IMG/VR virus record: IMGVR_UViG_3300032236_002285
Location: 1-64,000 of that record
Strand: one strand, 5' to 3'
Length of the DNA: 64,000 bases
The notes under the pieces are model-generated. The model saw only the letters and a program-made list of their open reading frames with translations, had not been told where the DNA came from and searched no databases. The position numbers were made by a program, and so were the translations under genes. Positions 1 to 9,986 of the stretch are shown piece after piece (the stretch's first letter is position 1; every line of letters starts with the position of its first letter).

Positions 1-1632
1 TCAAGTGGTTCTTCGGGATCATCTGGTAACTCAGGTTCATCTGGATCAAGTGGTACATCAGGTTCTTCTGGATCAAGTGGTACATCAGGATCAAGTGGTT
101 CTTCGGGATCATCTGGTAACTCCGGTTCAAGTGGTTCTTCAGGTTCTTCAGGTTCAAGTGGTAACTCCGGTTCAAGTGGTTCTTCAGGTTCTTCAGGTTC
201 AAGTGGTAACTCAGGTTCATCTGGATCAAGTGGTACATCAGGATCAAGTGGTTCTTCAGGATCATCTGGTAACTCCGGATCAAGTGGTTCTTCAGGATCA
301 TCTGGTACGAGTGGATCTTCGGGATCTTCAGGTTCTTCTGGATCAAGTGGTACATCTGGTACTTCAGGTAGTTCAGGATCAAGTGGTAACTCAGGTTCCT
401 CAGGCTCTAGTGGTGTAAGTGGTTCAAGTGGATCAAGTGGTACATCAGGTTCAAGTGGATCAAGTGGTACATCAGGTAGTTCAGGATCATCTGGTAACTC
501 AGGCTCTTCAGGCTCCTCAGGTACATCAGGATCTTCAGGATCATCTGGTAACTCAGGTTCAAGTGGATCGAGTGGTACATCAGGTTCTTCGGGATCATCT
601 GGTAACTCAGGCTCAAGTGGTTCATCTGGTACATCAGGTTCTTCAGGATCATCTGGTAACTCAGGTTCTTCAGGATCATCTGGTAACTCAGGTTCTTCGG
701 GATCATCTGGTAACTCAGGTTCAAGTGGATCGAGTGGCACATCAGGTTCTTCAGGATCATCTGGTAACTCAGGTTCAAGTGGATCAAGTGGTAACTCAGG
801 TTCAAGTGGATCAAGTGGTACATCAGGTAACTCAGGCTCAAGTGGATCAAGTGGTACATCAGGTTCAAGTGGATCAAGTGGTACATCAGGTAGTTCAGGA
901 TCAAGTGGTAACTCAGGTTCTTCAGGATCATCTGGTAACTCAGGTTCTTCAGGATCATCTGGTAACTCAGGCTCAAGTGGATCAAGTGGTAACTCAGGTT
1001 CTTCAGGATCAAGTGGTACATCTGGTAACTCAGGCTCAAGTGGATCAAGTGGTAACTCAGGTTCAAGTGGATCGAGTGGTAACTCAGGTTCAAGTGGTTC
1101 ATCTGGTACATCAGGTTCTTCAGGATCAAGTGGTAACTCAGGTTCAAGTGGATCGAGTGGTACATCAGGTTCAAGTGGATCAAGTGGTACATCAGGTAGT
1201 TCAGGATCAAGTGGTAACTCAGGTTCTTCAGGATCAAGTGGTAACTCAGGTTCAAGTGGATCGAGTGGTACATCAGGTAGTTCAGGATCAAGTGGTACAT
1301 CAGGTAGTTCAGGATCAAGTGGTACATCAGGCTCACATGGATCAAGTGGATCTTCAGGAACATCAGGATCATCAGGATCATCAGGTGTTAATGGTGCTTC
1401 CGGTTCTTCAGGTTCTTCAGGTGTTAATGGTGCTTCAGGATCAAGTGGATCTTCAGGATCATCAGGATCATCAGGTGTTAATGGTGCTTCCGGTTCTTCA
1501 GGTTCTTCAGGTGTTAATGGTGCTTCAGGATCAAGTGGATCTTCAGGAACATCAGGCTCATCAGGCTCAAGTGGTAATTCAGGTTCAAGTGGATCATCAG
1601 GTACTTCAGGTAGCTCAGGTTCTTCTGGTACA
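1..1632 (+). repeat. Coding tandem repeat, 9-nt period (Gly-X-Ser; X mostly S/T/N), roughly 180 triplets
   Basis: Repeating ggt/gga-(tca/tct/aca/aac)-(agt/tca/tct) units with synonymous variation. A second short block lies near 2056-2187. Confidence 0.95.
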
Positions 1633-2679
1633 AGTGTTTCAGTTACTTCCCCATCAAATAACTCAGTATTAACATCAAATGGTACTGCAAATGGTGCTGT
1701 TGCTCAAGCTAACCTAATATTTAATGGTAGTATATTGAGTGTTACGGGTAGTATTGTTGCTGCAAATGGTTTATATAGTGTTGGTTCATATTCAGGTTCC
1801 TACTCAGATGGTACCGTTGTTGATTATGTTACTGGTAATGGTAGAATATCTGTAGGTCCTGCTGATAATTTAACTTTATATGCTGGTGGTCCGGCAAATA
1901 CATCTATTGGTGTTTTTGCAAGTGGTTCAACTACATTAAACCAACAATTATATTTGACTGGTATAGGTACTCAATCATCTACATTGTATTTAACTATAAG
2001 TACTCCTAGTGGTAAGATTGGCTATGCTACTGCTTCTGGTAGTGGTGGTGGTGGTGCTTCTGGTTCATCAGGTTCATCAGGTACAAGTGGCTCTTCGGGA
2101 TCAAGTGGTACATCAGGCTCACATGGTTCATCTGGATCAAGTGGAACTTCTGGATCAAGTGGTACATCGGGTACTTCTGGTACATCTCCTACTGCTGCTG
2201 TAGTTAGTAGTAGTGGTTCGGCTCTTTTTATTCCTCAGTGGTTAAACTCTACTACTTTACAGAATAGTGCAATGCAACAAGCCGGTTCTTTCCCAACTGC
2301 CAAAATTGGTATTAACCAAGTTCCTACTTCATATGCTTTAGAGGTAACTGGTGATATCTATGCTACAGGTAATATTATAGCATTCTCTGATGAATCAGTA
2401 AAAGATAATGTTAAAACAATTACAAATGCTCTTGATAAAGTCAATAAAATGAGAGGTGTTACCTTTACTAGAAATGACGAACAAGATAAAGATAGAGTGT
2501 ATGCCGGTGTTATAGCACAAGAAATGGCTCAGGCTTTCCCTGAAGTTGTATTCGATAATGCTGATGGTACTAAAGCCGTGGCTTACCCAAGTATTGTATC
2601 TGTCTTAATAGAGGCTATTAAAGAACAACAACTTCAAATAGACCAACTAAAAGAAGAGATTAAAAATCTAAAGAAATAA
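1..2679 (+). CDS. Tail fibre/spike-like protein (5'-truncated by window) with long Gly-X-Ser repeat and C-terminal intramolecular chaperone (peptidase S74-like) domain
   Basis: Frame 1 reads SSGSSGSSGNSG... from base 1 and continues without a stop into the 1735..2679 ORF. The C-terminus has AFSDESVKDNV...GVIAQE...VLIEAIKEQQLQI, typical of S74 chaperones of trimeric fibres. Confidence 0.85.
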   Translation, partial: SSGSSGSSGNSGSSGSSGTSGSSGSSGTSGSSGSSGSSGNSGSSGSSGSSGSSGNSGSSGSSGSSGSSGNSGSSGSSGTSGSSGSSGSSGNSGSSGSSGSSGTSGSSGSSGSSGSSGTSGTSGSSGSSGNSGSSGSSGVSGSSGSSGTSGSSGSSGTSGSSGSSGNSGSSGSSGTSGSSGSSGNSGSSGSSGTSGSSGSSGNSGSSGSSGTSGSSGSSGNSGSSGSSGNSGSSGSSGNSGSSGSSGTSGSSGSSGNSGSSGSSGNSGSSGSSGTSGNSGSSGSSGTSGSSGSSGTSGSSGSSGNSGSSGSSGNSGSSGSSGNSGSSGSSGNSGSSGSSGTSGNSGSSGSSGNSGSSGSSGNSGSSGSSGTSGSSGSSGNSGSSGSSGTSGSSGSSGTSGSSGSSGNSGSSGSSGNSGSSGSSGTSGSSGSSGTSGSSGSSGTSGSHGSSGSSGTSGSSGSSGVNGASGSSGSSGVNGASGSSGSSGSSGSSGVNGASGSSGSSGVNGASGSSGSSGTSGSSGSSGNSGSSGSSGTSGSSGSSGTSVSVTSPSNNSVLTSNGTANGAVAQANLIFNGSILSVTGSIVAANGLYSVGSYSGSYSDGTVVDYVTGNGRISVGPADNLTLYAGGPANTSIGVFASGSTTLNQQLYLTGIGTQSSTLYLTISTPSGKIGYATASGSGGGGASGSSGSSGTSGSSGSSGTSGSHGSSGSSGTSGSSGTSGTSGTSPTAAVVSSSGSALFIPQWLNSTTLQNSAMQQAGSFPTAKIGINQVPTSYALEVTGDIYATGNIIAFSDESVKDNVKTITNALDKVNKMRGVTFTRNDEQDKDRVYAGVIAQEMAQAFPEVVFDNADGTKAVAYPSIVSVLIEAIKEQQLQIDQLKEEIKNLKK

Positions 2680-2712
2680 AAAAAGACCCGTTGTAATTAA
2701 CGGGTCTTTTAA
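2677..2712. terminator. Bidirectional intrinsic terminator
   Basis: AAAAGACCCGTT-loop-AACGGGTCTTTT between convergent genes. Confidence 0.8.
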
Positions 2713-2714
2713 TT

Positions 2715-3455
2715 TTAAGGTGTTGCTACACCTCTTTTCGAGACGACAATAGAAGCCATTTCATTTGCCCAAATTATAGATGATTTGATATCACCTGTTT
2801 CTATGTATTTTAAGATAAAAGCTGATGTAAATGTATCACCTGCACCGCTAACATCTATTGTTTCTTGTGGATTAGGACTTGGATATATTATATCTTTGAA
2901 CTTTGTGCCCCTACTACCTAATGTTATTATAATATTATTACACTCTAATAAGTCTGAATTTTGAATAGACTCTTTTTCATTTAATTTTACAAAAGAATAA
3001 CTTTTAACAATTTCCTTACTTAGCCTCCTTTTTGAGTCTAGTATGGATATTTTGCTACTTCTAGCAATTTTACCAAGGTCTTCATCACTTATAAAGCCTT
3101 TATGATAATCACTAACAATAACAATACTATAATTAACTAAAGAAGATAATTTTTCACTTGTTAGTTCTAATTTAGATATACTTGTTTCACCCTCATCTAA
3201 TCTTAAAAACATATGATTACTCTTTTTCTCTACAAATCTTGTTTTTGTAATTATCTCATCTTGATGCCAATGGTCTACCTCAATATTTTTATTCATTGAT
3301 TTTAAGTTTCTAACAACATTACCAGCCATTCCATCATTTTCAACTATTTCCATAGGGTTTAGAACAGGTACTGGTGCTTCAGGACTAAATCTAGAAACAT
3401 CACAATACATGAATCTATCAATACATTTTTCTCCTATTACTAAAATCTTAATCAT
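2715..3455 (-). CDS. HldE/RfaE domain I-like heptose-7-phosphate kinase (PfkB family)
   Basis: MIKILVIGE...SRFSPEAPVPV...GMAGNV, SDYHKG, DVSGAGDTF anion-hole motif. Start moved to ATG 3455. Confidence 0.85.
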   Translation of the reverse strand: MIKILVIGEKCIDRFMYCDVSRFSPEAPVPVLNPMEIVENDGMAGNVVRNLKSMNKNIEVDHWHQDEIITKTRFVEKKSNHMFLRLDEGETSISKLELTSEKLSSLVNYSIVIVSDYHKGFISDEDLGKIARSSKISILDSKRRLSKEIVKSYSFVKLNEKESIQNSDLLECNNIIITLGSRGTKFKDIIYPSPNPQETIDVSGAGDTFTSAFILKYIETGDIKSSIIWANEMASIVVSKRGVATP

Positions 3456-3465
3456 TTTATACTTT

Positions 3466-3852
3466 TTATTTTTGAGAGTCACCTTTCCAAACTCTATATG
3501 AATCTGAATCAGAATGTGTTGTTGAAACTTCAAAGATAACACCATCTGTTAAAGCTTCTAATTGGTGAGGTTGACCTGGTCTTTGTCTAACGGTATCACC
3601 TTCAACTAACCTTTGTTCTATAACATCAGCTGTTTCGGTATCTATCCAACGATATAGGAATTCACCTTTATCAACATACCAAGTTTCATCTTTAATCATA
3701 TGATAGTGCATCGAAAATTTTGCACCTTTATTAAAACAAAGTAACTTGCCACAATAAAGTTCATTATTTTCAATAATAACTTCCTTACCCCAACCCTTTG
3801 GTACACAACATCCTTCTGTATGAAGTGCGTTTATAACAATTGGTTTATCCAT
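3466..3852 (-). CDS. Cupin-fold sugar isomerase-like protein
   Basis: KGWGKE...SMHYHMIKDETWYV...PGQPHQL...FEVST cupin motifs. Confidence 0.75.
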   Translation of the reverse strand: MDKPIVINALHTEGCCVPKGWGKEVIIENNELYCGKLLCFNKGAKFSMHYHMIKDETWYVDKGEFLYRWIDTETADVIEQRLVEGDTVRQRPGQPHQLEALTDGVIFEVSTTHSDSDSYRVWKGDSQK

Positions 3853-6025
3853 TTATTACTTGATTTATTTTTTCAATTACCATAGATGATGTAATTTGTT
3901 TAGTACATTCAAATTGCCTCTCAGTGTCTTTATGATCCGGACACCAGTTCCAATCACCTCCATTTAATCTATGTCGATTAAAACATCCTGTACAAACATT
4001 TTTATTTATAACACGATAGGTATTTGATGTAGTTTCACTATACTCTTCACTGAAGCCAGATATAAGTACGGTAGGTAATCCAATTGTCCAAGACAACCAA
4101 CTTAAACCAGAACCTAAACCAACAAAGAATTGACAAGTAGCCATTTCTTCAATTAATCTATCAATTGAGCCAGCTTCAAATTTAGTTATGCCTTTTGGTT
4201 GAAAATTACCCATATAACCATCAGGTTCTTTTGAGTAAAGAACAACTTCATAACCAAGTGATATTAAATAATCAACTACTTCTTGCCAACCATTTGGATT
4301 GTTCCAATATTTAGCTTGACAAGTGGCATGAATTCCAATACCAACTTTCTTTTTCTTTTCAACATTTGGAACTTTTAATAAAGCTCTTGTTTCTTTATAA
4401 TCTAAGCCTAAAATATCAGAGGCTGTTTTTTGTAATGGTTCTTTTCTAAAGTCATTTGGATTTCTCGCTTCATCATATTTACCATCTTTATAGAACCAAC
4501 CTATTTTATACATAGCGTATAGATTATCAACAACGCTGCCTGGTTCAACAAATGTAATATCTGGATATGTTTCTCTAAACAAATAGTTCATAAAACAAGA
4601 TACTACTAATTGACATTCATTTTTATCTTTAAATTCTCTAATAAAAGGAATCCAAGCTAATGTATCACCTAATGAGCTACTTTCTAATGTGATAAATACT
4701 TTCTTATCTTTTAAGTCTAAAGTTTTATCATATAATAAAGTACCACCTTCCCAAATCTTAGTATTCCATTTTGTAAAATATTCTCGATTTAACTTAACCC
4801 AGTGATTTATTGGTAGTATTTCAGAGTAATGACATCTACCTGACTCATCATAGAATTCTATTTTGAATTTACTATCAGAACTTCCAGTTATTTCTAAAAA
4901 TGGATTAACTATAAAATGTTGAGTTACTATTGGTTTAGGTATAAATTTAGTTTGTTCCATTATAGGCATTCTGTGTACTTTTTTATAAAAGTTATAATAA
5001 GTATTTGCGAAAGATTCTGACTCATCAATAACTTCATACTTTTTATCACTTTGTAATAAAGCAATGATTTTATACTTTGTAGAAACAAGATCCTCATTTA
5101 TTTCAGTAATATATGGAGTAAACATACTCATATATTGAGGTAAGTTTCTTGAAATTATTTTAAGACCGTGTGAAGCCGATTCTTTAAGAACTAAAGGATT
5201 ACACTCCCATGTTGAATTAAACATAAAGACATCGGCCGCTTTCATAAAAGTATCTATATCAGATCTTTCACCCCAAACTTTTACATTTGAAGGAATATTT
5301 TGCATAATTGGACTCCAATACTCTGAAAAGTTCATTGCTTGATTTCCTATAAAGTGAAATTGTATATCAGGATTTGATTGTTCCATCAATCTAGCTATTT
5401 CAACACCTTCTCCTTGATTCTTACCAGATGTCCAAAGACCTACATTAATTACATGTTTTTTATTAGGATCCATACCTAATAGTATTTTGGATTCTAATTT
5501 TTCAGCATCTGTTGGTACTTTATTTTCTAAAGGAAATTGTATAACCTCGCTATAAGAAGGCATTTTAGCAAATGTTTTTTCTTTGTGCCATGGTGTACAA
5601 AAAGCGTAAGCATCTGGGTTAAATATTTTACCTGAATCAGGGTTAAACCAAACATTATGACAAGTTTCAACTATTTTCCAAGTTCTATTATTATCATATA
5701 GTTCGTTTAAAAAGTTGCTAGGAAATTGTTGACCAAAACCTTCTAATATCTCATCAACATGTACAACATCTATGTTGTTTTCTTTAATTATATCAAGTAC
5801 TCTATTTTTATCTTCATAAAGAGTAAAGAAGTTTTCAGGTTTTATTAGCTTTTTAATTTGCTCTTTTTGAACAACATACTCATTGCTAAAATTTGAATAT
5901 TCAATTACAAATAACTCCAAATCTTCATAAGATATTAAAGCTTCAATTCTTCTTAAAAGAAATGAAGGCATCCCACCAGTTGAAAGATGTGGTGCTAAAA
6001 ATAAAATCTTTATCTTTTCTTGCAT
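3845..6025 (-). CDS. Fused glycosyltransferase: N-terminal GT4-like domain plus C-terminal Aah/TibC-like protein heptosyltransferase
   Basis: N-half has PHLSTGGMP, KNQGE and ECNPLVLKE. C-half has SSSLGDTLAWIP, KYWNNPNGW, GLGSGLSWLSW and a Cys cluster VCTGCFN...WNWCPDH...QFECTKQIT. Confidence 0.8.
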   Translation of the reverse strand: MQEKIKILFLAPHLSTGGMPSFLLRRIEALISYEDLELFVIEYSNFSNEYVVQKEQIKKLIKPENFFTLYEDKNRVLDIIKENNIDVVHVDEILEGFGQQFPSNFLNELYDNNRTWKIVETCHNVWFNPDSGKIFNPDAYAFCTPWHKEKTFAKMPSYSEVIQFPLENKVPTDAEKLESKILLGMDPNKKHVINVGLWTSGKNQGEGVEIARLMEQSNPDIQFHFIGNQAMNFSEYWSPIMQNIPSNVKVWGERSDIDTFMKAADVFMFNSTWECNPLVLKESASHGLKIISRNLPQYMSMFTPYITEINEDLVSTKYKIIALLQSDKKYEVIDESESFANTYYNFYKKVHRMPIMEQTKFIPKPIVTQHFIVNPFLEITGSSDSKFKIEFYDESGRCHYSEILPINHWVKLNREYFTKWNTKIWEGGTLLYDKTLDLKDKKVFITLESSSLGDTLAWIPFIREFKDKNECQLVVSCFMNYLFRETYPDITFVEPGSVVDNLYAMYKIGWFYKDGKYDEARNPNDFRKEPLQKTASDILGLDYKETRALLKVPNVEKKKKVGIGIHATCQAKYWNNPNGWQEVVDYLISLGYEVVLYSKEPDGYMGNFQPKGITKFEAGSIDRLIEEMATCQFFVGLGSGLSWLSWTIGLPTVLISGFSEEYSETTSNTYRVINKNVCTGCFNRHRLNGGDWNWCPDHKDTERQFECTKQITSSMVIEKINQVING

Positions 6026-6112
6026 AGTTACACTTATATTTTTTCTTATAGTTTATATAAAATTTTGTAATAAAGTTATATTCTTTATTATTAAAAAGTA
6101 TGTATGAAAATT

Positions 6113-6120
6113 AATATATA
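6113..6120 (+). promoter_or_regulatory. Putative late promoter AATATATA
   Basis: Recurring octamer, 5 nt before ATG 6126. Confidence 0.6.
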
Positions 6121-6125
6121 CTCAT

Positions 6126-6890
6126 ATGAAACTTGTAAAATATTTTGAATTTAATCAACAAGATTTAGAACCTATTAAATCTTTTTATCTTAAAGAAGAA
6201 TTAAATCCTAGATTATGGGATGATTTTAAGTTAGATGATGAAGTAAGAGAAGAATTACTTACAATTGCTCAAGATTTTTATGAAAATGTTGAGGCTGGTG
6301 CTGATGTAGTTGATATAGTACTTGCTGGATCTTTATGTAACTATAACTGGTCTGAAAAGTATTCAGATTTTGATTTACATATTATTATTGATTTTGATGA
6401 TGTTGATGAAAACTTTGAATTAGTTGAGAAGTTTTGTGATTATGCTAAAAAGATTTGGAATGAACAACATGATATTAAAATCAAAGGCTATGAAGTTGAA
6501 ATAGCTATTCAAGATAATGATGATTTAGATAAAGCTATTGAAGGTGGTAGAATGGGTGGTGTTTTTTCTTTATTGAAAAATAAATGGATTAAAAGACCAG
6601 AAAGAATAGATTTTGAGCCTGATGAAAAGCTAATAGAAGAAAAATCTAAAACTATTATGATGTCTGTTGATGATATCGAAGAACAATCAGAAGAAGATAA
6701 ATATGAAGCTTTTGATGAAAAGATTTCAAAGGTTTGGAAGAAGATTAAAGATTTTAGACAAAGTGGTTTAGATTCTGAATCTGGCGAGTTTTCAGTTGGT
6801 AACTTAGTATTTAAGTTACTAAGAAGAAATGGGTACATTGGTAAAATAATGGAACTAAAGAGAAAAGTTTACGATAAACAATTTAAGTAA
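6126..6890 (+). CDS. Pol-beta superfamily nucleotidyltransferase with N-terminal CTS-like tag
   Basis: DIVLAGSLCNYNWSEKYSDFDLHIIID (GS...DxD motif), third acidic residue in YEVE. Confidence 0.75.
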   Translation: MKLVKYFEFNQQDLEPIKSFYLKEELNPRLWDDFKLDDEVREELLTIAQDFYENVEAGADVVDIVLAGSLCNYNWSEKYSDFDLHIIIDFDDVDENFELVEKFCDYAKKIWNEQHDIKIKGYEVEIAIQDNDDLDKAIEGGRMGGVFSLLKNKWIKRPERIDFEPDEKLIEEKSKTIMMSVDDIEEQSEEDKYEAFDEKISKVWKKIKDFRQSGLDSESGEFSVGNLVFKLLRRNGYIGKIMELKRKVYDKQFK

Positions 6891-6891
6891 T

Positions 6892-7587
6892 ATGGAAATT
6901 AAAATATCAGAAATAGAACAAGTATTCAAAGATGTCTTTGTTGCTGAAGAAGGTGTAGTAAATACAGTTGAATCTGTATATGAGATGTCAAGAGATGAAG
7001 ATTTCTACAAACTTGTTATCTCTATACATGGTTTATCAACTCAAGATACTTCAATTATACATACTAAGTTTATATTCAAAACAGACTTAAATAAAAGACA
7101 TCTTATTGAAGATTCTTTTATCTATCTATATGATATCAATTGTGTTTATCATAAGATAGAGTTTACAAATGTTGTAGACATGAAAAAGAAAATAGAAGAT
7201 ATTGTTGAATCAAAAAACTTTGGAGAGGATTTGCAAATTCTTTCTGACTTTATTGAAGCTCCAGCTATGTTCTTAAACTATTACATGAGAAGAGATAAGA
7301 TTACGGATTATTCAATATTTGATGTTGAGTATGAACCTAAGTTTAAAACAACTCCTTGTGATAAAACAACATTTGATTTTAAGATTAACATTAATAATAA
7401 TTATAAAATGGAACTATCTATACATAAAATAGATAGAGTTGATGAGGAAGAACTAGATACTTATAAGTTTCAATTTAAGTTTATGGATGAGATTGAAACA
7501 TTTGAAACAGATACTCTTAAAAACCTACACTTCTTTATTGGAGACCATATTGCTAAAATTTTAGATAGAAAATTAAAGAATAAGTAA
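6892..7587 (+). CDS. Hypothetical protein
   Basis: 231-aa ORF in operon, typical codon usage. Confidence 0.7.
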   Translation: MEIKISEIEQVFKDVFVAEEGVVNTVESVYEMSRDEDFYKLVISIHGLSTQDTSIIHTKFIFKTDLNKRHLIEDSFIYLYDINCVYHKIEFTNVVDMKKKIEDIVESKNFGEDLQILSDFIEAPAMFLNYYMRRDKITDYSIFDVEYEPKFKTTPCDKTTFDFKININNNYKMELSIHKIDRVDEEELDTYKFQFKFMDEIETFETDTLKNLHFFIGDHIAKILDRKLKNK

Positions 7588-8243
7588 TGAGATATCTTGA
7601 AAAATTTGTCAATTATTTAAATGAATCAACAGAGGATATAACCGATTTAACTAAAGAAGAGTTAGATGAGTTACTTATTCCTATTACAGATTTAGGTGTT
7701 CAATATACATTTTCACCACCAAGAGTTATCACGGATGGTGAATTTTCTGGATTCAAATCAATGAATATAGTTTTTAGAAACTCTTTTCAATTAGGACCAT
7801 CTGGTGGATATACTGAGCAAATTATTGATGATAAATTCTGGGACTTCTTAGATGAGTTAATAGCTCTTAAAAATCGTTTAGAAAGTTCTAGAGTTTCTAT
7901 TAATACTAACTGGAGACACCACATAGTTGTTACTTTTGTACAAAAAGCCAAAGTTGAAGGTGATTTATTTACAATACAAAAGTTGTATAATGATATGTGT
8001 TTAAGAACTAATGCCGCAAAGAGTGATTTTGTAAATAACATGACTAAGAGTTTAGATAAAGAAAATTTAAAAATTACAGTTAATTGTAATGGTTATAGAG
8101 AGGGTGCTTATACTGATAGAAAGTGGAATGGTCTTTTCAGAGGTATAGATTTTTCTAAATTTAATGTTGAAAAGGATATTACTGAAGATAGATATGGTAT
8201 TAAAAATGCTGTTATTACAATTACTCTTAAAAGTGAATCATAA
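7587..8243 (+). CDS. Hypothetical protein with CTS-like N-terminus (MRYLEKFVNYLNES)
   Basis: ORF coupled to the upstream gene through a TAATG overlap. Confidence 0.7.
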   Translation: MRYLEKFVNYLNESTEDITDLTKEELDELLIPITDLGVQYTFSPPRVITDGEFSGFKSMNIVFRNSFQLGPSGGYTEQIIDDKFWDFLDELIALKNRLESSRVSINTNWRHHIVVTFVQKAKVEGDLFTIQKLYNDMCLRTNAAKSDFVNNMTKSLDKENLKITVNCNGYREGAYTDRKWNGLFRGIDFSKFNVEKDITEDRYGIKNAVITITLKSES

Positions 8244-8280
8244 CATTTAATATATATGTTAATAAAAATATTATAGTAAG

Positions 8281-9720
8281 ATGTCTCATATATTATTAAA
8301 ACAAGTACCAACTTCAGCGATTACTGCACCTGCATCAACAGATGTTAAATTTTTTAGTAATTTTAACGATGGTGGTCTTTTGTATTATATGGATAGTTCA
8401 GGCAATCCGATGCCTGTTGGTAGTGGAGGGGGTGGTTCTACATATGTTCCAGTTGTATCAACAACATATGCTAGTTTATACTCTTTGTGTACTTCAAGTG
8501 GATTTGCTACAGGTTCTTATTATTTAATTAATGACTTTGAATCAATTTATGAACAGCCAGATTTTTATTGTGATGGTACTCCTAAGTCTTCCTTAGATTT
8601 AAAAGGTAAGCCTTCTGGTTGGGGATACCAACCTATTTTAGTAATGGCCACTTCTAAAAATTCTTTATCAATTGATGCTTATCAACCGCCTATCACTGGT
8701 GGTAGTTATTATGGTTTTAATAATGATAAAATTAAATATGATTTTTCTTTTAATAAAACAGAGTTTAATAATAACACTAAAGGTAGAATAACAGAAAGAA
8801 TAGATCAGTTTGGTAACAGAACTGATTATGACCATAGAGCTATTAGATTTAAAAGATATCAAAATTATACTAAAAATACTATTAAATCGGGCATTATAGA
8901 CTCATATAATTGCACCACTGGTGATTTGACTGGTGTTGGTACTTTTTTCCTATCCGAACTATCAGCTAATGATATTATTATTATAGATTCAATGTCTGAT
9001 TTAGGTTATAATATTGGATTAAAAGTTAGATCCGTAACAAATGATGTCATGGCTACTGTTTTCATCGATAGCTTATACTCTGGTAGTGTTCCAAGTGTTG
9101 TTGCTTTAAATAGTGGTACGACAATTACTCCTGTTGATTACAGCTTTGGTGGTAAAAATTATGATTATTATTCAACAACGGCTACCGGTGTTTATAATCA
9201 ATATAAGGAAGTTTATTTTGGACAAGGTGATAATAATGATTGTAATAAGGAAGTTTATACGTTTCAATTATCATATCCTAATTTAACATCAGGTGCTACT
9301 AATAATAAAATTGGCAATTACTCTCAGATTTACTTATCTGGTTCTACTAATAATGTTTTTATATTACCTAATAATGTTTTTGGTTCATCTTGTAATAACA
9401 ATGTTATTTTAGATAATTGTTATAACAATCATATTGGTGATGGTTTCTTTGATAATAATTTAGGTTATAATTTTAGTAAAAATTTAATAGGTGATAATTT
9501 CTCAAAGAATACTACTATTGATACATTTTCTTCTAATATTATATCTGATAATTTTAGATGGAATATAATACAAACAGGTATTTCAACCTATGATTTTACA
9601 TCATCAACACATGTTTATAGTAACTATACCTGCTATATGTTTTCAAATTCTTCGGGGTTTTCTAGATTGTCATATTATGACCCATCTGATGTATTGACGA
9701 TTGTTAATGTTGATGCTTAA
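8281..9720 (+). CDS. Virion/tail-associated protein with Asn-rich beta-helix-like C-terminal repeats
   Basis: About 11-residue repeats (NNHIGDGFFDNNLGYNFSKNLIGDNF); AATATATA upstream near 8249. Confidence 0.55.
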   Translation: MSHILLKQVPTSAITAPASTDVKFFSNFNDGGLLYYMDSSGNPMPVGSGGGGSTYVPVVSTTYASLYSLCTSSGFATGSYYLINDFESIYEQPDFYCDGTPKSSLDLKGKPSGWGYQPILVMATSKNSLSIDAYQPPITGGSYYGFNNDKIKYDFSFNKTEFNNNTKGRITERIDQFGNRTDYDHRAIRFKRYQNYTKNTIKSGIIDSYNCTTGDLTGVGTFFLSELSANDIIIIDSMSDLGYNIGLKVRSVTNDVMATVFIDSLYSGSVPSVVALNSGTTITPVDYSFGGKNYDYYSTTATGVYNQYKEVYFGQGDNNDCNKEVYTFQLSYPNLTSGATNNKIGNYSQIYLSGSTNNVFILPNNVFGSSCNNNVILDNCYNNHIGDGFFDNNLGYNFSKNLIGDNFSKNTTIDTFSSNIISDNFRWNIIQTGISTYDFTSSTHVYSNYTCYMFSNSSGFSRLSYYDPSDVLTIVNVDA

Positions 9721-9986
9721 TTCATAAAAGAAATAACCTTATCTAAGTTTTCTCTGTTGAATCCGTCTAATGGTTTTCCGCCACTTTTTAAGTAGTCTCC
9801 GTATAAGTTATTATACTCATCTATTGTGTAGAATCTATTATCTATCTCTGATAATATTACATTTGTATCATGAAAGGTAACAGTTTTGTTTTGTAATCCC
9901 GTCTCTCCATATGCTGGTCCAATTGGTCCTACCAATTCAGTACCAGATACTTCTTCATTAAACTGTTTAAATGATTTAATCTTCAT
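9717..9986 (-). CDS. Small protein with CTS-like N-terminus (MKIKSFKQFNEE)
   Basis: 89-aa ORF carrying the shared N-terminal motif. Confidence 0.7.
   Translation of the reverse strand: MKIKSFKQFNEEVSGTELVGPIGPAYGETGLQNKTVTFHDTNVILSEIDNRFYTIDEYNNLYGDYLKSGGKPLDGFNRENLDKVISFMN

Noticed and set aside
1-1632. Possible CRISPR array or non-coding satellite
   Set aside because: No constant repeat with unique spacers; variation is synonymous in one reading frame
5-1672. ORFs 5..418, 419..1672 (+) and 407..1381 (-) with VVHQ/YHLI repeats
   Set aside because: Shadow frames of the Gly-X-Ser repeat; frame 1 is continuous with the fibre C-terminus
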